A stretch of DNA of 64,000 nucleotides from Pyrinomonadaceae bacterium (GTDB taxonomy: Bacteria; Acidobacteriota; Blastocatellia; Pyrinomonadales; Pyrinomonadaceae), in the NCBI GenBank assembly GCA_051000345.1, contig JBPCOJ010000106.1, positions 1,775-65,774 on the forward strand, written 5' to 3'. Shown in pieces: positions 38,738 to 50,134 of this stretch. The number at the start of each line of letters is the position of its first letter. Position 1 is the first letter of the stretch. A model generated the notes under the pieces. It did no database searches. It was not told where the DNA came from and worked only from the letters and a program-made list of their open reading frames with translations. Both the position numbers and the translations under genes were made by a program.

Positions 38738-38800
38738 TGTTTCGTGTTCCGTTTACGATTGCTTGTCCTATATAGCCGCTTGCAAATGAATAAGAATGTT

Positions 38801-38871
38801 GTAGGGGCAGGGCTAGTCCCTACCCGCTTTCTTTCACATAAAACACGGGCAGGGACAAGCCCTGCCCCTAC
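38801..38871. repeat. REP-like palindromic element, copy 1
   Basis: Arms gtaggggcagggctagtccctacccg and cgggcagggacaagccctgcccctac (2 mismatches) around a 19-nt loop. It is the same element as at 60961-61034. Confidence 0.8.
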
Positions 38872-38907
38872 ATAAATCCGCCTTTCTATTGATGCTGAAA
38901 TTTTATT

Positions 38908-41900
38908 TTAGAAATCGATGCGCACGCCGAGCCGTATCATGCGCGGGCGCAGCGTGCGCGTCGTGACGAGAAAATTGTCGATAAAATTCTGGCGCGTGGC
39001 GGCGCTCGCCGTCGGGCTAAAGGCGTTGAAGTCTATGAACTGCGTGCCGAAGCTAAAGACGGTTTTATTAAGCACGTTGTTGAATTCAATGACGGGACGA
39101 AGCCGCACGCTGTCTCTCACTTTGAATTCGCGCGTGACATTCAAGTCGAACAGAAAAAGTCCGGGGCCTAATCCTGCGTTGCGCGGCAGATTGCCTGTTT
39201 GCCCGATGCTCGGCAGCGCGAAGAAATTCAGGATCGACGGATCGGGCGGCTCGCCCGGACGCCGCGCCTTTAAGAGCTTTGTGTCGCCCGTAAAAATCGG
39301 GCGGTCATTGCTTACATCATCGAGGTTGCGGTCAATGCCGCCGACGGAAATATTAAAGGGCGCGCCGGATGCGACACGAAAGATCGGCGAGAAGCGCAGC
39401 TTGCCGAAATAACGGGGCGTGTCGAACGTGCCGGAAACCACAAAGCGATGACGGCGATCAAGCAAACTGCGTGAACGTTCACCGCGAAAATCTCCCGCCA
39501 CGAGCGCATCCGAAGTATTAACGATGCCGTCGTCGATCAAACGCGAGAGCGTGTATGCAGCGCGGTATGAATAACCGAAGCCGTCTTTGCTGCGCTTGAA
39601 ACGACGGCGCGCTTCGAGCGTGAAGCCATGATAAAAACTGTTGCCGATGGAAGCGAGTTGTTGTAGGTCGGCGCGCGTCTGGTCTGGGCGCAAATTATCG
39701 ACGGCGCTCAAGGCGGCGTTGAGCGCTGTCCTCGAATTGACGCTGTTGAGATTGATAACGGAAATGGGTAAGCCGAATTCGACGATGCGATTAATGTTGT
39801 TCGCGTCGCTCGTCGTCGCAGAGCCGAGCACGAAGCGCACGAGTTCTCCGGCGGGCGCAGTCGAGCCGGACGTGTTGTAGAGCGGGCGCGGCAATCCGCC
39901 GCTGCGGAAGTTCGTGAAATCGCGCGAGAGCAGATAGTCCGTAAAGTTTTTGAAGCCCTTTGGCAGCATCGGCGCGTTGACGTTGAATTCCCGGAAAAGA
40001 TGTATGCCGCGATTGAACGTATAGTTGGCTTCGACGACAAACGAACGGCCTACTTCGCGCTCGAACCCGATGTTAGCTTGATAGGATTCCGGGATGCGAA
40101 GAGTCGGATCGAGGCGACGCGAAAAACTTGTTTGCAGTCCGCCGAGACTTGCGACGAGCGGCGATCCGGCGTTGAGCGTCTGCGGAAAATTGATGTTGTT
40201 GATAACGAAGGTGCGCAGATTCAGTTGGCCTGCGTTTGAAGTGCGCTGGCTGCTCAAGTTGGTTTGCTGCGCGGGAGTCAAACGCTTGCCGCTCACCGGA
40301 TCGAGCGCGCGGTCTGTGTCAAGGAAAAGACGCTGCTGCCCGAGCGTAAAGTCGTCGATTGTTCTAAGAAGCGCGCGATTATAAAAGATGCCCGCGCCGA
40401 GACGTATGACGGTTTTGCCGGAGCGAAACGGATCGTATGCAAGCGCGACGCGCGGCGCAAAGTTGTTGCGGTCACGAATGATTGTTTCGTTTTCGTAGCG
40501 CACGCCGTAGCTGAAGGTAAGGTTGGGACGCACGCGCCATTCGTCCTGCGCGAAGAAGCCCGTGTAGGTGTTGCGCTGTGTGGATTCGGTTAGAAAATTC
40601 TGGCGAAAGCGCGAGGGCAAGCCCGCCAGAAAATCGCCCGCGCTGTCGAAATCGAAAGTGCCGGAAGCGTCCGCGAGATCGATAAAAATCGAGCGAATGC
40701 GCTGCACGTCTGCGCCGAATTTCAAAGAGTGCGCGCCGCGAACATAAGAAAGCGTTTCCTGAATTTGAAAGCGGTTTTCGCGGCGGTCACTCGCGCCGGT
40801 GGTCGATGAACCGGCGACAAGCGTGCCGTCGCGGTTGGCTGCATTGTCGGACGGCAAAGGATCGTTGATTCTTATCAGCACGACGGGACTTGCGGCGTTG
40901 CTTGTTTGAACGGCGGGCGTCAGACGCGAAATTTGCAGGCGCAGTTGATTGACGAGTTTAGGCGAGAAAATGTAGTTGTCGGAATAAGCGAGCGCATCCG
41001 TGTTACGCGTTCTGCCCTGAAGCGCTTCGGCAAGACGACTGCCTCCGCCGAACTGCCGCAAGTTTTTCAGCCGCCCAAATTGGTAAAGAAACGAGTCGTT
41101 GTGCGCGTCCGTAAAGGTGTGGTCGATGCGCGCCGTGAAAATGTTGTTGCGCTGCGGCGTGCTGATGCTTTGCACGAAGGGCGCAACCTCCTTCTGCAAA
41201 CTCGGGGCGCTGACGACTTCAAGGCGACGGCCTTCGAGCGTCGTCGGCTGCGGCAGCGGAAAAAGACTGCTTTGCTCAACCGGCACAAGCGTGTCGATTA
41301 AAGCCGTGTCGAGCAAGGTGTTGTTTTCGTATGCAGCAAAGAAAAATGTTTTGCTGCGCCCGCTCGAAAAAACCTTGCCGCCGTCGCCGAAGCGCGGCAG
41401 CGGAAGCGGGCCGCTCAAAGTAAAGCCGGGATTTTGTTCTTGTAGCGGCAGTCGCTTGAGGCCGCGCGTGTTATTGAAAAATGTGTTGGCGTTTAAGCTC
41501 TCATCTCTGAAGAAATAAAAGAGGCGTCCGCGATATTTCTGCGAGCCGCCGCGTGTGCGCAGGTTGACGCGCCCGCCGGAAGCGCGCCCGTATTCGGCGG
41601 AGAATTGATTGCGTATGACCTGCACTTCATCGATGGCTTCGATGGATGGTTGAAAGCGTTCGCGCGCGGAGCGGTCATCGTTGTTGTCGAGTCCGTCAAT
41701 CGTGATGTTGTTGGACGAAGCACTGCCGCCGGAAAGAGCGAAGAGTCCGGCTTCTTCTGGCGTCGAGCGCGGATTCTGATTGCGGTCTTCAGCGAGGTCG
41801 CGCGTCGAGAGAGGTTCTTCAGTGACGCCGCCGAGCGTAAAAATAAGATCGAGCGGCGAGCGCGTTGAAACCGGCAAAGATTCTACTTCTTCGCGCGTGA

Positions 41901-42363
41901 CAGTGCCACCAACGACGGTGCGCGTCGTATCGACAAGCGGCGCGACATCTTCGACAATAATGGGATCGACATTCGCCGCTGCCACATCAAGCGTAATATC
42001 GAGTTGCACGTTTTGCGCGGAGATGGTTGTAACATTCAGCGGCACGACGGCGAAACCGTTGGCTGTGACACGCAATGTGTACGCGCCGGGTTCGAGTTGA
42101 ATCAAGCGATAACGGCCTTCAGCATCGGATGTAACGCTGCGTTCAACGTTCGTCGTGTTGCGCACTGCCGTGATAATTGCGCCCGGAATGACCGCGCCGT
42201 TCTGGTCGAAAATGCGCCCGCCTATCGTCGCGTTGTCGAGGTCTTGCGCGCGCACGTTTGATGGCACGAGCGGCGTCACAACAAACAGCAGCATCCACAT
42301 CGACGAACAAACAAAGAGAGTGGTGCGCGATGGGAAGGGCGTGATGGCGATATTTTTTTTCAT
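38908..42363 (-). CDS. TonB-dependent receptor with N-terminal carboxypeptidase-regulatory-like domain
   Basis: 1151 aa with a signal peptide. GGRIFDQNGAVIPGAIITAV...GRYRLIQLEPGAYTL is a CarboxypepD_reg signature. Plug and barrel regions follow, and the protein ends in an aromatic residue (RIDF). Confidence 0.85.
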   Translation of the reverse strand: MKKNIAITPFPSRTTLFVCSSMWMLLFVVTPLVPSNVRAQDLDNATIGGRIFDQNGAVIPGAIITAVRNTTNVERSVTSDAEGRYRLIQLEPGAYTLRVTANGFAVVPLNVTTISAQNVQLDITLDVAAANVDPIIVEDVAPLVDTTRTVVGGTVTREEVESLPVSTRSPLDLIFTLGGVTEEPLSTRDLAEDRNQNPRSTPEEAGLFALSGGSASSNNITIDGLDNNDDRSARERFQPSIEAIDEVQVIRNQFSAEYGRASGGRVNLRTRGGSQKYRGRLFYFFRDESLNANTFFNNTRGLKRLPLQEQNPGFTLSGPLPLPRFGDGGKVFSSGRSKTFFFAAYENNTLLDTALIDTLVPVEQSSLFPLPQPTTLEGRRLEVVSAPSLQKEVAPFVQSISTPQRNNIFTARIDHTFTDAHNDSFLYQFGRLKNLRQFGGGSRLAEALQGRTRNTDALAYSDNYIFSPKLVNQLRLQISRLTPAVQTSNAASPVVLIRINDPLPSDNAANRDGTLVAGSSTTGASDRRENRFQIQETLSYVRGAHSLKFGADVQRIRSIFIDLADASGTFDFDSAGDFLAGLPSRFRQNFLTESTQRNTYTGFFAQDEWRVRPNLTFSYGVRYENETIIRDRNNFAPRVALAYDPFRSGKTVIRLGAGIFYNRALLRTIDDFTLGQQRLFLDTDRALDPVSGKRLTPAQQTNLSSQRTSNAGQLNLRTFVINNINFPQTLNAGSPLVASLGGLQTSFSRRLDPTLRIPESYQANIGFEREVGRSFVVEANYTFNRGIHLFREFNVNAPMLPKGFKNFTDYLLSRDFTNFRSGGLPRPLYNTSGSTAPAGELVRFVLGSATTSDANNINRIVEFGLPISVINLNSVNSRTALNAALSAVDNLRPDQTRADLQQLASIGNSFYHGFTLEARRRFKRSKDGFGYSYRAAYTLSRLIDDGIVNTSDALVAGDFRGERSRSLLDRRHRFVVSGTFDTPRYFGKLRFSPIFRVASGAPFNISVGGIDRNLDDVSNDRPIFTGDTKLLKARRPGEPPDPSILNFFALPSIGQTGNLPRNAGLGPGLFLFDLNVTREFKVRDSVRLRPVIEFNNVLNKTVFSFGTQFIDFNAFSPTASAATRQNFIDNFLVTTRTLRPRMIRLGVRIDF

Positions 42364-42647
42364 GGTGAGGACGCTCTCCTAAAGTTAGAGATGGGGCCGC
42401 CGTTTCGCGTAGGTAAGGCGCGAAGGTCTCCGCGAAGCGAGAACAGCGCGGGTATTGCGGGCGGACTAAGTTTTCGAGATAGCGATTAAGCCGTTGCGAT
42501 GATTAACGCGAGGCGCATTTTGTAAAGGCTTGCTGCGTGAGCCAGAATCAGCCATTCCAACTTGAGTTTAGGCGAGACGCGTCGCAACGCAATGGAGAGC
42601 GAACTTTACCACCGCCCGCAAGAAGAAGACAAGTTTTATGTTTGCGT

Positions 42648-43055
42648 TTAGTGTTGGCCGCGAGAGAGATTGCGGCGGCGCAAAGCAGTGTTGCGCGTGG
42701 ATGGCACGAGCGCGCCGGGCGGTGCGTCCTGCGGGGCTTCCGTGAAACGCGTGAAATCGTCTGCGTGCGCTTGCAGGTAATCGAAAAACCGCTCGAACTC
42801 CGACTGCATCGCGTCCATTTTTTCGCGCATATTGAGAATTATTTCGACGCCCGCGAGATTAACTCCGAGGTCGCGCGTCAGCGACAAGATAACTTCGAGG
42901 CGTTCGAGGTCTGCATCCGTGTACAGCCGCGTATTGCCTTCGGAACGCGACGGCGCTAAGAGTCCTTCGCGTTCATACAAACGCAAGGTCTGCGGATGAA
43001 TATCATATTCAGTCGCCACCGCGCTGATTGTGTATGTGCGGATTTTCTGTTTCAT
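42648..43055 (-). CDS. hspR: MerR-family heat-shock repressor HspR
   Basis: 135 aa. YTISAVATEYDIHPQTLRLYEREGLLAPSRSEGNTRLY is present. It lies directly downstream of dnaK-dnaJ. Confidence 0.85.
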   Translation of the reverse strand: MKQKIRTYTISAVATEYDIHPQTLRLYEREGLLAPSRSEGNTRLYTDADLERLEVILSLTRDLGVNLAGVEIILNMREKMDAMQSEFERFFDYLQAHADDFTRFTEAPQDAPPGALVPSTRNTALRRRNLSRGQH

Positions 43056-43125
43056 AACTTTAGGAGTCAGGAGAAAAACTTTATTCGTCTTTCATTCTGT
43101 CTTCTGGCTCCTGACTTCTGAATAC

Positions 43126-44328
43126 TTATTCTAACCCCATCTCGACGCGCGGATTTTCCGGATTCATTTGCGCGTAGCGACGCAGTAAATCCTTTGTTTC
43201 TTCGGAAACTAATTTCGGCAGCGTGACCTGCACTTCGACGAATTGATCGCCGCGCGCCTGCGGGTTACGCAAACTCGGTGCGCCGCGTTCGCGCAAACGA
43301 AACTTTTGCCCGGACTGCGTTCCGGGAGGAATACGCAGTTGCGCTTTGCCTTCAACCGTCGGCACTTCTATCTTCGCGCCGAGTGCCGCTTCCGGCACGG
43401 TCAAAGGCACAATCACGTAAATGTTGTCGCCCTTGCGCGTGAAAAACTTGTGGCGTCCGACGTTCGTGATAATGAACAGATCGCCGGGCGGCGCACCGAG
43501 TCTGCCGCCTTCGCCTTTGCCCGGAATACGCACGCGCGAGCCTGTGTCAACGCCCGCAGGAATACGCACCTTTACCGTTTCGGTTTTCGGCACAACGCCT
43601 TTGCCGTTGCAAACCGAACAGGGCTGGCGACGTTTGCCCGTGCCGTTGCAATCCGGGCATTCCTGCGAAAATTTCAAACGCCCGCCCGTCCGCTGTACTT
43701 GTCCTGCACCCTTGCACGTCGGACAAACGACGACGGGGCCGCCCGTGTCGCCCGCGCCGTTGCAGCGCGGACACTGCTCGGAACGTGTGACGGTAATGTT
43801 CGTCGTCATGCCTTTGACGGCTTCCTCGAAGGAAAGCGCGAGCGGCATTTCGATGTCTGCGCCGCGCTGCGGTTGCGGGCGCGCGGGTTCTCGTTCAACC
43901 GTTCGTGCGCCGCCGCCTGCGCCGCTGAAAAGGTCTGCGAAGATGTCCCGAAAGCTGGAGCCGCCCGTGCTGCCGGTTGCGCCGCCCGCGCCGGAAACAT
44001 TGCTCCAATCGAAGCCTTCAAAATCGAAGCCGCCCGCCCCCGCTCCCGTGCGTCCGCCGCCGCCACCACCGCCCGCCGCACCGCGCGCCGCCGCGTCCGC
44101 GAGGTTATCGGAATACTGCCCGAAGCGATCATAAACCACGCGCTTCTTCGGATCGGAAAGCACATCGTGTGCTTCCGTAATCAGCTTGAAGCGTTCTTCC
44201 GCAGACTTGTCGCCGGGATTTACGTCCGGGTGATACTTGCGCGCAAGCCTACGGTAAGCCTTCTTAATTTCTTCGGGCTTGGCGTCGCGCTTGATGCCGA
44301 GCACTTTATAAAAATCTTCTTTTGCCAT
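43126..44328 (-). CDS. dnaJ: molecular chaperone DnaJ
   Basis: 400 aa with a J-domain (YHPD), a G-rich linker and four CxxCxGxG repeats. Confidence 0.97.
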   Translation of the reverse strand: MAKEDFYKVLGIKRDAKPEEIKKAYRRLARKYHPDVNPGDKSAEERFKLITEAHDVLSDPKKRVVYDRFGQYSDNLADAAARGAAGGGGGGGRTGAGAGGFDFEGFDWSNVSGAGGATGSTGGSSFRDIFADLFSGAGGGARTVEREPARPQPQRGADIEMPLALSFEEAVKGMTTNITVTRSEQCPRCNGAGDTGGPVVVCPTCKGAGQVQRTGGRLKFSQECPDCNGTGKRRQPCSVCNGKGVVPKTETVKVRIPAGVDTGSRVRIPGKGEGGRLGAPPGDLFIITNVGRHKFFTRKGDNIYVIVPLTVPEAALGAKIEVPTVEGKAQLRIPPGTQSGQKFRLRERGAPSLRNPQARGDQFVEVQVTLPKLVSEETKDLLRRYAQMNPENPRVEMGLE

Positions 44329-44350
44329 CTTTTGATTGTGGATTGCGGGA

Positions 44351-44413
44351 TGCGGAATGCGGATTAAGAAGCAACTCGTCTTTCAATCCACACTCCCCAA
44401 TCCGCATTCCGCA
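44351..44413 (-). other. dnaK-dnaJ intercistronic hairpin built from GCGGAAT/GCGGATT units
   Basis: tgcggaatgcggatt (44351-44365) pairs perfectly with aatccgcattccgca (44399-44413). A nested pair gtggatt / aatccac is also present. Confidence 0.7.
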
Positions 44414-44417
44414 ATTG

Positions 44418-46355
<1,938 letters not shown>

Positions 46356-46483
46356 GTCTTTCTTCTTCTCCAGATTAAATTTCAGGCCGACCCGATAGTA
46401 TGAATCGGTTGAGAGGCGTTCCATTCGGCTTTGCACCGGCAAAGCCAGATAAAATAGAATCAACCCAACTTGAACGCATGGAC

Positions 46484-46513
46484 AATATAATACTTGAGTG
46501 CGCTATTGTCAAG
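46484..46513 (-). promoter_or_regulatory. dnaK promoter overlapped by a HAIR-like HspR operator
   Basis: The minus strand reads CTTGACA-ATAGCGC-ACTCAAG versus the HAIR consensus CTTGAGT-N7-ACTCAAG. The same TTGACA serves as a -35 element, followed by a 17-nt spacer and TATATT (46489-46484). Confidence 0.6.
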
Positions 46514-46609
46514 TTTTGTCTGTGGACATTCGTATAGTTTGATTTAGGATTGAGCCAACTGTTGAATTTTAAGGGCTTAACAAAGAATTCGGACTCTGAT
46601 AAGTAACTC

Positions 46610-47203
46610 TCAAGAACCGTTATGGCGGTCTTCACCAAGCAGGCGCGAAACGAAAAAGGCGTAGTGGACGCCGGAAAAAAGCGCGAACGCGAAGACTAGA
46701 ACGTAGATTGTCGGAAGATAATAGCCGCTGCCGTTTGGAAATATGGCTGCGAAGAGAATGGCGACGACAGCAAAAATCTGCACCGTCGTGCTTGTTTTGC
46801 CGAGCCATGACGGGCGAAAGCCACGAAAGCCTGTCACGATGTTGATTGCCGCCGCGCCGACGATGATAAAAATGTCGCGGCTCAAAACGGCTGCCGTCAC
46901 CCAGAACGGCACAGGAAAGTGCGCGGGCTTCGGCTGCGGGCTAATCGAAGGCAACGAAAGCACTATGAAGGATGTGACGAGAAGAAGTTTATCGGCAATC
47001 GGATCGAGAATTGTGCCGAGTTGCGATTTCTGGTCGAAGCGTCTGGCTAATAACCCGTCCAAGCCGTCGGTCACCCCTGCCAGCACAAAGACGCCGAGCG
47101 CTGTCCCGAATCGCCCGTAAAAAAGCAGCGTCACGAAAACCGGCACGAGCACCATGCGAAACACGGTGAGCACATTCGGCAGGGTGATGATTCGTGAGGA
47201 CAT
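46610..47203 (-). CDS. pgsA: CDP-diacylglycerol--glycerol-3-phosphate 3-phosphatidyltransferase
   Basis: The ATG at 47203 begins MSSRIITLPNVLTVFRM. The CDP-alcohol motif DGLDGLLAR....G..LDPIADK is present. The track ORF start (TTG at 47278) lies inside a repeat hairpin. Confidence 0.85.
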   Translation of the reverse strand: MSSRIITLPNVLTVFRMVLVPVFVTLLFYGRFGTALGVFVLAGVTDGLDGLLARRFDQKSQLGTILDPIADKLLLVTSFIVLSLPSISPQPKPAHFPVPFWVTAAVLSRDIFIIVGAAAINIVTGFRGFRPSWLGKTSTTVQIFAVVAILFAAIFPNGSGYYLPTIYVLVFAFALFSGVHYAFFVSRLLGEDRHNGS

Positions 47204-47216
47204 AGAAGAATTTGCG

Positions 47217-47301
47217 ATTTTTGATTTGCGATTTTCGATTGGAAGCAGACTGAAGGTTCTCTGAATTTCAAATCGCAAATTGGCAATCGCAAATCAAAAA
47301 T
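47217..47301 (-). other. intercistronic hairpin built from TTTGCGATT units
   Basis: atttttgatttgcgatt (47217-47233) pairs perfectly (17 bp) with aatcgcaaatcaaaaat (47285-47301). There are two direct and two inverted copies of the 9-mer. Confidence 0.7.
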
Positions 47302-47302
47302 A

Positions 47303-48187
47303 CTATGCGGCGCAACGCAGTTCGAGCAGTGTGACTTCGGGCGGAGAGCCGTAGCGAATCGGCAGCACCACTGTGCCGAGGCCGCGCGAAACATAGATTT
47401 GCGTATCGCCGCGTCGCCCCAGCCCGCGCAGTATGCGGCGGCGCGGTTTGCCCGAAGCGCTTCGTTCCGAGCGCCACGCGACTTGCCCGCCGTGCGTGTG
47501 GCCGCTGAGCACAAGATCAACGTTAGCGCGTGCGGCGCGGCGCAAAATAGTCGGATTATGCGCGAGCAGCAGTTTCATTTCGTCTGCTTGCGAGCCTGCC
47601 AGCGCGAGCGGCAAATCCTCGAGGCCGACCATCGTATCGTCCACGCCCGCGAGCCAGAAACTCGCGCCCGCCAACTCGAAACGCAAGCCTTCGTTAATCA
47701 ACACGCGAATGCCTTCGGCGCGAAAAAGGTCTGCGACGAGCGGCGCATCCGTCCAGTGATCGTGATTGCCGAGAACGGCGAAGACGCCGTGTTTTGCACG
47801 CAGACGCCCGACGAGTTCGGCGCACGGCGCGGCGTATTCGCGTTCGTGCGAAACGTAATCACCCGTCAAGGCGATGATGTCCGGCTTCAGGCTGTTGGCT
47901 GTTTCAATCGCGTGCTCGAGTTGCCCGCTGCCTGTAAAAGGGCTGTGGTGCAAATCCGTTAATTGAACGATGCGCAAGCCGTTGAGGATGCGCGGCAGTC
48001 GCGGAAGACTTATGGCGTGGCGCTCCACCGTCAACGCAAACGGTTCGGCAAAGGCGGCGCGCGCGAGTTGCGCTAAACCGGGAGCGAGATTGGCGGCGAG
48101 CGCGCGCAAGGGCATTGCTTCACGCCGCGCATTTCGGTTGCCGATTCTGTTATTGCGTCGCTGCTTCCAGAGGAGATTTGTTGGCAT
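47303..48187 (-). CDS. metallophosphoesterase (YaeI/YkuE-like)
   Basis: 294 aa with QLTDLHH, LTGDYV, GNHD and GHTHGG motifs. Confidence 0.8.
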   Translation of the reverse strand: MPTNLLWKQRRNNRIGNRNARREAMPLRALAANLAPGLAQLARAAFAEPFALTVERHAISLPRLPRILNGLRIVQLTDLHHSPFTGSGQLEHAIETANSLKPDIIALTGDYVSHEREYAAPCAELVGRLRAKHGVFAVLGNHDHWTDAPLVADLFRAEGIRVLINEGLRFELAGASFWLAGVDDTMVGLEDLPLALAGSQADEMKLLLAHNPTILRRAARANVDLVLSGHTHGGQVAWRSERSASGKPRRRILRGLGRRGDTQIYVSRGLGTVVLPIRYGSPPEVTLLELRCAA

Positions 48188-48349
48188 GACTTATAAAATG
48201 TTCGGGGGCTGATAGAACTGATTAAAGCGTGTTCGCTTCCATGGACGCACATGCTTTGGAAAAGTCCGCGTATTATAAAGACGAAGATTCCGAAGCGCAA
48301 ACCCGCAGGCGATTACTTACAAGGAAATTTCGAGGGTAGTTTCAAGCAA

Positions 48350-49384
48350 TCAATCGAAAAGACGTTGCGGCGTGGCAGTCTTGGCTTTCTTCGCGGCGCA
48401 CTTTTTTTCTCTTTCCGCGCCCGCCGAGCCGGGATAATGCGCGAGATGCTCGGCGTTAAAGCCCAGTTCGCGCAGGCTCGCGGCAAACTTCGGCTCGCCG
48501 TGCATCGTGATGATTCTTTCCGCGCCGGATTCGCGCGCGAGTCGCACGAGTTCGTCGTAGTCCGCGTGATCCGACAGGGGCAAAATCAAGTCCACGTTTT
48601 TGTACATGTACGGCGCGCTTTTGTGCAGCGCCCAGCCCGTCAGCATAATCACGTAACGCCGCTCTATGTTCATCACCATCGCTTGCTTGCGGCAACCGGG
48701 CGGCGCAACAAGAACGCGCCCGCGCAAATGTTCGCGGTCATATTTTTCGTATGTGCCGGAAAACTCCACGCCGAGTTCCCTGTAAATTTCCGACATATTC
48801 CAGACAGACCCGTGCAGCGTCACGCGATAACCGCGCCGCAACAGAAGTTCGAGCGCCTCTTGCCCCTTGCCTAAAGCATAGCCGAGCACCACAGGCACTC
48901 TGTCATCCGAAAGCGCGCGGTCAACGCCCGCATAAAGGCGATCAAACGTCGCCACATCCGGCGGAAAACGATAAAGCGGATCGCCGAACGTCGATTCCAT
49001 GATGAGCGTATCGCACGGCACGATGACCGCGCTCTCCGCCGTTACGTTCGGGCGCAATTTTATATCGCCCGTGTAAACAAGCCGCTCCCCATCTGCTTCA
49101 ACGAGCACTTGCGCCGAGCCGAGACAATGACCCGCCGGATACATTGTCAAAGCGTAACGTCCATAATCTCTGCGCTCGCCGTAATTTAGAATTTCCGTTT
49201 CCGCATCGCCGCGACGGTGGCGAAAAATACGCGCGGTTTCCGGCGTGGCGATAATCGCTTTGTGCTCCGCTATGTGATCCGAATGCCCGTGCGAAATCAC
49301 GCAGCGCTCGCGCCCGCCCGCCGCATCGATCCATAAATCCAGATCGGGCAAATATAATCCATCATGGTATTCAACTCTCAGCAC
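48350..49384 (-). CDS. MBL-fold metallo-hydrolase resembling the ligase-associated DNA-damage-response exonuclease family
   Basis: 344 aa. N-terminus GLYLPDLDLWIDA....CVISHGHSDH and C-terminus ITMHGEP are present. The family assignment is from memory of the TIGR04122-type architecture. Confidence 0.7.
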   Translation of the reverse strand: MLRVEYHDGLYLPDLDLWIDAAGGRERCVISHGHSDHIAEHKAIIATPETARIFRHRRGDAETEILNYGERRDYGRYALTMYPAGHCLGSAQVLVEADGERLVYTGDIKLRPNVTAESAVIVPCDTLIMESTFGDPLYRFPPDVATFDRLYAGVDRALSDDRVPVVLGYALGKGQEALELLLRRGYRVTLHGSVWNMSEIYRELGVEFSGTYEKYDREHLRGRVLVAPPGCRKQAMVMNIERRYVIMLTGWALHKSAPYMYKNVDLILPLSDHADYDELVRLARESGAERIITMHGEPKFAASLRELGFNAEHLAHYPGSAGAEREKKCAAKKAKTATPQRLFD

Positions 49385-49555
49385 TTAACACGCGCCTTTC
49401 CTTACTAACAAGCGACGGCGAAACGGTATGGACATTTTTCGCGCACGCTCGTTCAAAATTTTCGACGGTTTATCTTTCGCAGCGCATCACGCGTATATTA
49501 TAGTGCAGTCGAGAAAGGCACGCCACGACATGCTTCCGTTGTCAGGATCAATTTA

Positions 49556-50134
49556 ATGGACGAAAAAATTTTAATGAATCGCGCAGACGTTCCGGTTGAA
49601 ACTGCCGTCAAAAGCAGGAAGCCCGAAAAGGCGCTCAAGGCGGGCTTGCGGACGATAGCGATTTTCGAGGCGACCAAAGGCGTGATTGTGCTCATCATCG
49701 GCATCGCTCTTTTGACGCTTATTCACCGCGACGCGCAGAATGTGGCTGAAACAATCGTGCGCTATTCGCACCTCAACCCGGATCGCAGATTCCTGCGCCG
49801 CTTCGTCGAATTTGCCGGAACAGTCTCGGACGCGCGCCTGTGGCTGATGGCGGGAATCGCGCTCGTGTATTCGACGATTCGCTTCACGGAAGCTTATGGA
49901 TTGTGGCGCGCGCGTGCGTGGGCGGAATGGTTCGCAATCATCTCCGGCATGGTTTATGTGCCAATCGAAATTTACGAACTCGCGCGCCATCCGAGTCTTT
50001 TCAAAGTGGGAGTGCTTCTCTTCAACATCGCAATCGTCGCTTACATGATCTACGTTCGCTGGTACGCAGGCCACGATCCTGAAACGACGGCGCGCCTGCA
50101 AGGTAAAACGCCCAACTCAAACAATTACCTTTGA
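49556..50134 (+). CDS. DUF2127 family membrane protein
   Basis: 192 aa with four TM helices. LRTIAIFEATKGVIVLIIG is present. Confidence 0.65.
   Translation: MDEKILMNRADVPVETAVKSRKPEKALKAGLRTIAIFEATKGVIVLIIGIALLTLIHRDAQNVAETIVRYSHLNPDRRFLRRFVEFAGTVSDARLWLMAGIALVYSTIRFTEAYGLWRARAWAEWFAIISGMVYVPIEIYELARHPSLFKVGVLLFNIAIVAYMIYVRWYAGHDPETTARLQGKTPNSNNYL

Noticed and set aside
42364-42647. Leader of the TonB-dependent receptor considered as a cobalamin riboswitch (GGUGGUAAAGUUC and GCGGAGACCUUCGC resemble the GGUGAAAxUCC and B12-box segments).
   Set aside because: The GCCACUG core and GGGAAGGC elements are missing, and the B12-box match is partial. An Infernal scan with RF00174 would settle it, and I expect no hit.
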